Shown here in pieces: positions 53,129-64,000 of a DNA stretch of 64,000 nucleotides (positions are counted from its first letter, which is position 1; the number at the start of each line of letters is the position of its first letter). Location of the stretch: positions 63,612,001-63,676,000 of the forward strand of contig OX597818.1 in assembly GCA_951406725.2 (NCBI GenBank), read 5' to 3'. The translations under genes were made by a program, and so were the position numbers. The notes under the pieces were generated by a model. The model saw only the letters and a program-made list of their open reading frames with translations. It ran no database searches and had not been told where the DNA came from. Source of the DNA: Octopus vulgaris (lineage: Eukaryota).

Positions 53129-54939
53129 AGCAGCATCACCAAGTAGTCTTAATGAAATCAACGATACGTATATATTAACGACATATTTCCTGCTTTCAAC
53201 TTTCAATTAACTCTATGAAGAGTCCGATTTTCCATTATTATTCTTTTTTATTTTTGTCAATTGGAGCGTTGAATATTTTCTCATAAATTATATGAATATC
53301 TGTATCTTGGTAAGCCATAAATCCTTCAGTTATTTATTTCCAGACAGGAAAGAAATATGTACGATATATGCAAATATTTGTTATCGATCGCTTGTCACAG
53401 TTATTATGTGCAGACGATATCGAAGTATGTTTCAACAATACCTATTCGGGATATGAGTAAAGCGGCTGGTTTCGCGTTTCAGTTCGAAGAGTATAAACCT
53501 GGAATAATTCATATTCGAATAATGGTGGAACGATTATATTCATGATATTTATTAGTTAGGACTTGTTCATCACTAATTGATTGAGCACCAGACGCATTTA
53601 AGTGGTTTGCATTACAATCAGAAATTTAGATTTTCAGAAACCAATAATTTAGAGACGAAAAAAATATCACATATAAAAATCCTGCCAAATGCTTCTGACG
53701 GTGCTTGAGAATGTGTCATATTAGCAAACGAAATCGGATAATATTTTCAGTTTTGTGTTTCTTGCTAAATCGATGATGAACTCTTAGAGAAAGTTTAAAT
53801 ATAGGAATCGGCTAAATATGTTATCCATTATTGCTGGATGAGAAGGAAAATAATACAATCCGAAACCACGTGATTTTGAATTAGAAATTGACATTGATAA
53901 TGTAGTTGCATAGACATTTCAAATGACATTAATTCGAATTTCTTTAACAATAAGTAAATAATAAAAAATTGCAAATGCATACATCTTATTCCGCTTCTCT
54001 ATAGATCCTAAAATAAATTTTCTCGTATGAATCTTTGTTCAGGTTATCAAACTTCCAGTTAATATTTCCCATGAATAAATAAAAAGAAAGAAACTGTTTC
54101 TGATCCAGTGATATTTTCTGTAAAAGAGGAGAGAACAATTTTTGAAGGAATTTTATTTAATATGTTGCACTTTACGTTGAGATGCCTAAGGAAATTTAAG
54201 AATATAGTAGTAGATTATCATTTGGCATTGTATTTGGTAATCAAATATATTATTAAAGGGTAAATGTACAGAATAATGTTATGTCCTGAATTATGACGTA
54301 CATATATGTATTATCTGCGAACGAATTGGTGAGATGTTTAAAGCCTAGGCTCTGACCCGAGGATATATTCCGAGGACGGATTCCGCATCCGATTATTTTA
54401 GATGGAGTGGAGTTCATATAATGCAAATAATTTACTGTCGAATGTTTCTCCACAGATATACTATACTCTCATTATAGTATATCAATCTATAAATATTGTT
54501 ATATTTATTATCATTTCCCATTCATTCCAGATGCACTCAATATAGTTTATGTGATGATAGTAAATGCGTTGGCAGAATAAAGCAGCCGCGTTGCAATTAT
54601 TTGCAAATTTATTATGGAACATTTTTCAGTCGCCATTGAATACACAAACAGTTGAGTGATGACAACATTTGCCAAAGGTGCTCATTTCATTATATAACTT
54701 AATCTATTTCACAGTTTATTTTCGAGACATTAGTATTAAATTTATAGGAGATTAGGTAAGATTTCCCCTACGGGGACAGTGATAACAGTAGGTTAATCGT
54801 GAAGATTGTTTTAAACGTAAATTACACTATTCAAACGACATAATACTTAATTCTTGCAGAAAGGCACACGACGCATTTTTATCTTCTTATCATTTACTGG
54901 TTTCAGCGAAAGCTTGGGATCATGCTGGGGTGCCGTCTA

Positions 54940-55276
54940 GCAGTTTCCTTTTTGCACAGTTTTCATGAATTAGCGAGTTGGACGGAGCCGCTCAGCGTCG
55001 TGGTTCCTATCACAATGTGAAACCATGTGATATATAAGATAAAAATTTCCTCATCCGTTCTTTGAAGACATCCATATCTGCACCTGGCAAATCTCTGAGG
55101 TTATTTGGCAGAATGTCAAATACTTGTGGACCCTTGAAACACAAACCGTTACAGTGCTGGGTCCATATTTGAGATGGAGTAAGTAGGATCTTTGTTATTA
55201 TACAGTGCCGTCTAGTTACATTGTTGGTACACCTTTCATTTCCTAAGATGGGAGCAACAACTTCCAGGATCTTCTA
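54940..55276 (-). mobile_element. CR1/L2-group LINE ORF2 C-terminal fragment
   Basis: Open minus frame KILEVVAPILGNERCTNNVTRRHCIITKILLTPSQIWTQHCNGLCFKGPQVFDILPNNLRDLPGADMDVFKERMRKFLS...AAPSNSL, resembling the F.LP......FK..L.KFL end of CR1-type ORF2. Confidence 0.78.
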
Positions 55277-56517
55277 CAACGACTATTTAAGCAGGAGAAT
55301 TAACACATTCTTCCTTTCCTCTTCCTTCTCGCTTACACTGAGAAACACTGCAAGCTGGCAGCTCATAGCGGACTTTAGTTCCGCTCTAACTTAAACTGTT
55401 ATCTGCACAGGTAATGAACCTCACGTGAACGGAGCCATAACGGACCACGCGCTGCCAAAAAGATGGTCACTGGGAGCAAGCCACATGAACGAGAACTAAA
55501 ATAGATATACGACTATTGAATTGCGCTGCGCTTGTAAGCTTCTTCTTCGAGTTCCAGATCCTTAAGACTAAAGAAATAATTATAATGGGAGAAGTAGATC
55601 ATCGACAGGTATCGCAAGATTTCAATTCCATTATAACCGTAATGATTTTCCTGTGTAGCTATAGAGTACGTTGTAAGGCAATACAGATTCAAACAGAAAT
55701 CCGTTTTATGACCATTGTGAAACGAGGCGCGAAATTTCAACCTTTTCACTGTTTAAAACATTTGATTTAATTTGTGCATATCTTTCAAAATGTGACATAT
55801 TCTTCATTCGGAACCATGGTAACAGTGAGAGAATTAATTCATCTTTATCTGGTCTTCAAAAACAGTTCCTGAAAATCTTCGGTTACTAAATTTGTGGTCA
55901 TGCCATTTGAATAAATCAAATGTCATATATTCACAATTAAGTACTTTCGCTTTACAGTGTATCGCATGATGATATCTCAAAGGCTTTGTTGCAGATCTTC
56001 ACACAATTAGATGAATACATCAACATCCATCGTAACTCAAAAACATCTATTATCTCAACAATTAAAACATTCCACTCACGGCTCAGCATGTGATTAAAAT
56101 ATGACGCATTCGCCAAACACAATAGAACAATGCACATCAGCGATCACAATACAAACTAAAAATATTGACATCATATATTAATTACAAATGTAAATAATCC
56201 TCAATAATGATATATGATACAGCGATAGTATTTAATTGATCGTAGCGTTTTCTTCACATCTCACATTGTAATTGAATTTTATAAATGGGTTACATCAAAT
56301 GCCAATATCACAGTGTATTTAAAAGGATAATATAAAGGTTTCAAGAATTCATGTTCTTTTGTGTTTCAGACAATCTACTAAGAATTAATACCTTATAAAC
56401 CAGTAATCGTAAACGATATTCGATGAGAAAATTCAGATAAAAACACTGTCGCATTATGAATCAATTATATCAGGAAGGAAATCTGATTACTGTATATACG
56501 TATATGAGCATACATAC

Positions 56518-56570
<53 letters not shown>

Positions 56571-56589
56571 CATATGTATATGTATATGT

Positions 56590-56675
<86 letters not shown>

Positions 56676-57311
56676 ACATATATATATAGGTAGACAGATA
56701 GATACATTTACACATACATACACACACATATCGACACATATTTATATATCTTGTACATGTCTCTGACTGAACTACAGTTAAGCCGGGGCAGTACCTTGAT
56801 GGGTGTAAATCAACACCTCTCCCCACAGTAGATATATTAAAACCTGTTATTTAGCAATATGTTGCTCCAAATCCAAATCGCAAATTTTCTGGGATATAAA
56901 CAATTTAATGCCATTCGTCTCGTTGTGGCCGGTACAAAGAGACAAAGTTATACACCAGATCACACGCATACATACACACAAATGCGATCACGCACACACA
57001 CAGATTGGCTTCATTCAGTTCGTTTCTATCAAACCCACTCACAATGCTCCGGTCGGCTCAGTGCTAGAATAGAAAACACCTACCCAGGGTTCTGTTCAGT
57101 ATAACTGAACGAGCAACAATATGATTGAAAAGCAAATATGTTTATATATTGTAACCTTAAATTTCGAAGCCGTTGCTCTAATGCCATTTACAATGCTTTT
57201 CTTATCTGTTTTAACTAAGCGTTGATATATAAAATCGTTACGCGGATATTGTTTTTGTACGATGCAATTCTCTAGAGTCCCACATGTTACTGAGAGTGTT
57301 ATTATAAGAAA

Positions 57312-57472
57312 CAGGAGTGGCTGTGTGGTAAGTAGCTTGCTAACCAACCACATGGTTCCGGGTTCAGTCCCACTGCGTGGCATCTTGGGCAAGTGTCTTC
57401 TGCTATAGCCCCGGGCCGACAAACGCCTTGTGAGTGGATTTGGTAGACGGAAACTGAAAGAAGCGTGTCGTA

Positions 57473-57527
<55 letters not shown>

Positions 57528-57727
57528 TTGTGTGTCTGCGTTTGTCCCACTAGCATTGATTGACAACCGATGCTGGTGTGTTTACGTCCCCGTCACTTAG
57601 CCGTTCGGCAAAAGAGACCGATAGAATAAGTACTAGGCTTACAAAGAATAAGTCCCGGGGTCGATTTGCTCGAATAAAGGCGGTGCTCCAGCATGGCCGC
57701 AGTCAAATGACTGAAACAAGTAAAAGA
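57312..57727 (+). mobile_element. full-length SINE family A
   Basis: caggagtggctgtgtggtaagtagcttgc...aaatgactgaaacaagtaaaag; reverse complement of 5197-5599. Confidence 0.92.
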
Positions 57728-59493
57728 TTATATGAATGTTATTATTATTTCTGTGAAGGCGCCAATTACATTTAGCATCGTTTATACCAGATATAGACGC
57801 ATAATTTTAGCGGAGAGAACTTGTTATTTTTTGCTAGAGTAATTAAAAGTACATTTATTATTAAAACATTATTTAAATGTTTCAGAATAATGCAATTTCT
57901 CCCCACAGTGATAAAATGAACTGGAATAAACATTCAGTGCTAAACGAGTACAGAATATATTACAAACGAAATTTAAGAAAAAATTTACAGACGCAAATAT
58001 TCTGGTCGCAAGAAATCTATAAATGATGATATACTTTCAGAATGAAGATGAACGATCGTATGTTTACATTTTTATTCACGTTCAAATGAAGGCCTAGCTG
58101 AAGGGAACCTTACAAAACGATATGACACATATAATTACCTGCTGTGCTATAAATACGAATAGATAAATCAATTGAATGCTAAAGAAATCCTTATAATGTA
58201 ACGTGTACTTAACGCAATGCATGTCATAACGCGTGCAAATGTATTATGAGAATCAATGCATACTCATTATGAAAGAGATCAGTATATTGGCAAAATGTAA
58301 TAGAGGACACCACATCTTACATTGCATTAGGCTTAAACAATCCAGAATCTCAAGAAACGTTTTTAGAAATAAAGTAAAACGAAAAAAATCCTGATTATTA
58401 ATAACAAGGTCCAGGGCTGTTAATACACGAAGAAACCACAAGTGAGAAATCTTATATTTTAATGGCATGATGAATATGCATTTACACTTAGAATATATTG
58501 CTGAGCAGCACCAAAGAGAAAGTGAAAGTAGGTGGTAAAATATATGTGAAAATATATACCTGATATGCATTATTACACAAGGGAACGAAACTGAGAGACG
58601 ATTAATATATAAATGATGCTAATACGATTACAGGATTATAAAAGAAACACAAGTCATCTTACCAAGAAAAGCTGTTAGTTCATTACCGATGCTATAAATT
58701 TCAAATTTGTAAAATGTCTTATGGTGATATTGAACACACATATTACAAAATCCTGCTGCTCTAAGTTTGTAACCTCATAATCTCACACAATTTCATCCAG
58801 AAAAATGTCATTTTGAAAATTTAAATACCATTGGTATACTTATTGTTTCAGACAGGATGAAATATAAAATAAAAGCAAAAACAAAACACAAGGATAAAAG
58901 CGATTGAACTATGAGACAATAGTGCTGTTAGAATACAGAAGCATACATATGCATGAATATCCGCATGTATGAGTAATCTTCAATATTCCTCCTAACAGAC
59001 ATAGTGAATGGTTTCGCAAAAATATTAAAACATGCAATGTACAGATTACGATGATGAAAAATATATGGAAGCTGTCCATACGCCTGTCACACTATTAGTC
59101 TCGAGGAAGACATTATGTCTTATCTTTATCAATATTTTCACATCAGATATCTATGAACGTAGAGCACTGTCTCTGCAATAATTACATTATCACTCTTATC
59201 TGTTACTCATTTTCATTTTATATTACGTATATATCTAAATTCATAAAATGTTGCATAAAACGTGCGCAATATATATATATACACATACACATGAATATAT
59301 AGAGAAATATATACACAGATGAATACAAAAATATGAAAATGCAAGCTGCTCGCATTCTAAGATCTAGTTTGTTTTTTTAAATTAGTTCAAGACTTTCTGT
59401 AAAAATACCTTTTACTTTTCTATATATAAGTATTACAATGCATGTTGTAGTGTGTAAAGAATCCGTACACATACTCCACAAATGCTCACAGAA

Positions 59494-59551
<58 letters not shown>

Positions 59552-59571
59552 TGGGAGAGATATATAGATGA

Positions 59572-59621
<50 letters not shown>

Positions 59622-60165
59622 CAAATATATGCATACATATACACACACAAAGACACAGATACACACTAACTCACACACACTCACACATACAAATATATTT
59701 ATATGCATATATATATGTATATATATATATGTATATATATATATGTATGTATATATATGTATATATACAGATATATATGTATATATATATGTATGCATAT
59801 GTATTTAAATATATGTATATATGTGTAGTGTATATATATGTATATATGTGTGTATATATATGACAGATGCGGTGAAGAGTATCGAGTATATGTTTGAAAA
59901 TATAGGTCATTCGATTGCATGAATCTCTCTAGACTGCGCTGATTGAAATATATAGAATATTCCATTAAACCACATATTTTTCACAACAACCAATTCTCCA
60001 AACTTTTTGGTTTTGACGTCAGAGACTGGTAACTTATTATATTATCGGTTGAATTTCTTTTTAGTTCAGTTCATAGAAATTTCAATTCTGTATGTCTTCC
60101 AGAATAGATAGTGATACGTCGTTTTCTAGTTTGACTATGAATAAGAAATACCGGCACTACAGAAT

Positions 60166-60235
<70 letters not shown>

Positions 60236-60446
60236 TTAGAAGATTTGGAGATGATGTACAGGTATTTTATATTAGAAGAAATGAGGTACTCAGAAATTCG
60301 GATGGTTTTACATTTAAATATATTTATTTGTGTATTACATGTTTTTATACATCATACATCATATATCATATATCATACATTAGCGCTTTCGTCCATTCTG
60401 GTGGAGTGTTCGTGGAAAACGTTTGACCATTTTATAGTGTTATTGA

Positions 60447-60520
<74 letters not shown>

Positions 60521-61325
60521 CAGTTTGTATGTATAAATGCAGAGGGACACAGAGAGGGAAGATGGAGGGAAAGAATGTGTGGTAGGGGAGTGAGAGAGCA
60601 ATGGTGAGGGGAAGGGTGTACCAATGTTGGGAACGTGAAGGGATTTCCAAATTTAATTTAAAGTGACGACTGAATTTCACATTTCAAATGATTCTTACAT
60701 TACAAGTGCATGTAATCGCATATAATTATCTTCACTGAAAGAAATATTCCTTATGATTTAAACCCTCATATTTATATCCAGATGGCTGGTTCTATTGGAC
60801 ACTTTCATTTGTTTCCTAGTAAATACTACGATATATGTACTTGGTTAATAGTATACATATTTTCATTCTGCTGGTACTATTTCACTCATCGAAGATATAT
60901 TGTATTTTCAGTAATAATCGGTAATGTTTGCTGCGAGGGTTTTTGTTAAATCTACATATTTAATGTACATCAGTTATATTATATTTGCGTCATCAGTAGC
61001 CTTCAGCTACGCCGAGGCATTGCCTTGAAATGTTCACTGGGACACACCAACACCAGTACTTCTTTTATTATGTTTAGTATTCCTTCTATCGCCGCTTTTG
61101 TTATCAAGTGATCATGAACAAATGATGTGAGTAGTAGCATCGGATAAACAGTATCACACAAATACAAATACACTAACACTCAAAGGCACACACACATAAA
61201 AACACGCACACACACGCACCCTCCCATATATATATGATACATATGTGGAAAATCGGTGTGTGTTTGTAGCGTTGTTAGCTAACTTCTCCTACATCACTTC
61301 ATTGATTTTGATGACACTTGACATG

Positions 61326-62237
61326 TGAGTAGAAGTCATGTCTGGAAACCTCGTGACATATTTAGATTGTTGAAAAAAGTGGATAATACGAATCCTGCAA
61401 GGAATCTTTATCTCTACCTCCTATAACTATTCTTTGAACACCTAAGGGAAATAACCCATAACACCTGCACAATATATATTTTTAAACAATCAAGGGAAGT
61501 AACACATATCACCTGCACTTACAGTTGTTAGTTTTTAGCGAAGCGATCAATACTTGATTCTCACGATCATCGGACCTAATTCTGCATTTCAATACTCACA
61601 GTTATCAACTGCTAAACCTTATTATTGCACTTCTTTGATGCATGTACACCTTCAATGCCCATAACTCCGATAATTTTGCATTTTTCGATATCAGTACATA
61701 CATACAGTAAATTCATACTCTGAATGATTAAAATTCTTAGAAAATGAAACCAACCTACCACACCACATTCAGCTGAGACACCTTGTATCACTTATACTTA
61801 TTTTACAATTCATAATATTTTTTGTTATTTACAATTCATACAACATTTTCATGAATCTAATTGAGTCATCGAATTTAGAAATATTTTACAAGTTTCATTG
61901 TTTATGTTCAATTGCTTTGAATATTGATTTTTTCGTGTGACCAATTTCTAATTTTTGAAGACAATATCACTTGTATACCTTATTTGTTACTTGAGAAGAA
62001 CTCAAGTCTGGAAGCCTCGGGACATACTTGGATTGTTGAAAAAAAACCGATAATAGAGCCCCGCCAATGGATCCTTCTATCAACTACATATTTTATTTAA
62101 GCAAACCAAGGCAAATAACGCATACCTCCAGTAGTTTTTAGCGAAGCGATGAACATTTGATTCTCACGATCAGTAGACCTAACTATGCATTTCACTACTC
62201 AGTTTTGAACTGCTAAACATTATTATTGCACTTCCTT
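61326..62237. repeat. diverged direct repeat (61326-61637 and 61992-62237)
   Basis: Shared gtctggaa.cctcg.gacata.tt.gattgttgaaaaaa and tagtttttagcgaagcgat...ttgattctcacgatca...aactgctaaac.ttattattgcacttc. Confidence 0.85.
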
Positions 62238-62367
62238 AAACATTAAAGACTTCATTCATACATTTCTATGCATACATACTGTTTTGAATGCTCATTACTC
62301 TGATTAGTCTGCATTTTTACAATTACACTTTTTCATTGACAGTAGATAATTACCGGGTACACCAGCT

Positions 62368-62421
<54 letters not shown>

Positions 62422-62625
62422 CGCGGCGAGCTGGCAGAAACGTTAGCATGCCAGGCGAAATGCTTAGCGGTATTTCATCTGTCTTTACGCTCTGAATTCA
62501 AATTCCGCCGAGGTCGAATTTGCCTCTCATTCTTTCGGGGTCGATAAACTAAGTATCAGTTGCGTGCTGGGGTCGATCTTATCGACTGAGCCTCCTCCCC
62601 CAAAATTCCGCACCTATGCCTCGAG
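62422..62625 (+). mobile_element. SINE family C monomer
   Basis: gcggcgagctggcagaaacgttagc...ttcaaattccgccgaggtcg...ctttcggggtcgataaactaagtatcag. Confidence 0.88.
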
Positions 62626-64000
62626 AAGGAAACGTATATATATATGTAAATAGAGACAGAGAGCGATACATCGAGAAATGATAAGAGAAAGAGAGAGATA
62701 CATCGAGAATTGATAAGAGAGAGAGAGAAGAGACACTTCTGTCCACCAAAATCATGCACCATATAGTGGCTCGTCTGCAGTGTATATGCTGGCTGAGGCT
62801 GAGATACAGTTAAAATGAACTCGAACACGCATGATTGCAAATAAATCTTGGTAACCACACAGACCTGGTGATGCATTTTGTAATTTATTTTTCTTTAGCT
62901 AATTGGCCTTACACATCTATAATCTATATCCATACTGTCATTTGATAAATTGACTTTGTACGCGTGCTTGTATGATGAATTTATTTTGTGTTGCAATATT
63001 AGCTAGTAGCCTCAAGATAATTTTAAAATTCAGTTTAAATAACCTTCATTTGAATACGTTTCAATATCATTACTCTTATATATATATTCACGATGCCGTA
63101 TTTGCTAGGTGTAGATGTTCTTAAATTTCGAGAATTCGTACGATTCTTATTTGAAAACATATGTTTTTAATTTTTCTTTATCAGTTCAAAATGAATATAT
63201 ATTCTCTAACGACGAGTAATATGATTATGAAAAATATTTACAAATATTTGCTAAACTTTTTAAGCTATAATTTAATTGTTGTGGCTTCTCTTTTAGCTTA
63301 TATTAACGAAATCAGTTGGCAAAATAGAGAAATTATGTTCTCAAACAGATTAACCTAATCCAATTCATCACGATATCATGGATATTTGCATTTGTTAATT
63401 GGCTGTCTGGTATTTTGTATAGAAAAAAATCAGTTGTACTTAAATACCATTATATCTTCATAATTCAGAATTATTCAATTGAAGTAAAATAAATGTAGGA
63501 GAAAGATTAGAGCAATGAAATTATGTATTATGGATCTTGCTTTCATTTTTTTGCATCATATCAGTTTACGTGAAAACATCTAATGCATATTAACATTATT
63601 TGTTTCCTTTTTCAGCAAATAATTGCTAATAATGTTATTATTTAAATTATTTTTATTGCAGCATCCTTTAACTAAGGTATGTTTCGCTTTTTACGTTCGG
63701 AAGAAATGACGGTTGTCTAATCCTGTAATAAATATATAAACTGTAAACGTGATATCTAAGATGTGGGTTGAACAATGTATTCTATCATCGAAGTAAACGA
63801 GCAATAGGGCAGAAGGTGTCAAGCCGAGTTGTAATGTGACACAGCAAAGGTGTGGGGCCAAAACAATATGTAGTATGCTATGAACTTGAAAAACTTTTCG
63901 ACTCGGAAACACGCCATTAGCGCAGCTGTGATGGGCTGAAAACAAATGGAAAAACGGAACACACATAATCATATCATAGAGGTTGACATTAAAAGTATGT

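Overview
AT-rich, microsatellite-dense eukaryotic non-coding DNA. The repeat families suggest an octopus (coleoid cephalopod) genome, which is an inference from repeat recognition. I can support no intact host protein-coding gene: nearly all ORF-track entries are translated (TA)n/(CA)n/(AAT)n/(AAG)n/(ATC)n tracts or antisense frames of repeats. Recognisable elements are several tRNA-headed SINE families, decayed R4/Dong-clade non-LTR elements in trinucleotide repeats, a CR1-like LINE 3' fragment, two mariner remnants, a non-autonomous Helitron and many Penelope-like element (PLE) terminal fragments in (TA)n. The main signal is at the RNA level. There are five essentially intact type I hammerhead ribozymes (14213, 35426, 35587, 35910 on +; 51355 on -) and about eight decayed or partial ones. 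They come from at least eight sequence families, most with a different self-complementary stem III, and three lie in tandem within 535 bp. A 721-nt non-coding partial-tandem element and a diverged relative share a covarying stem and an apparent pseudoknot that I could not assign to a known RNA class. Near the window start is a strand-specific long-range RNA duplex with an A.C mismatch. All folds were derived by eye and need computational and biochemical confirmation.
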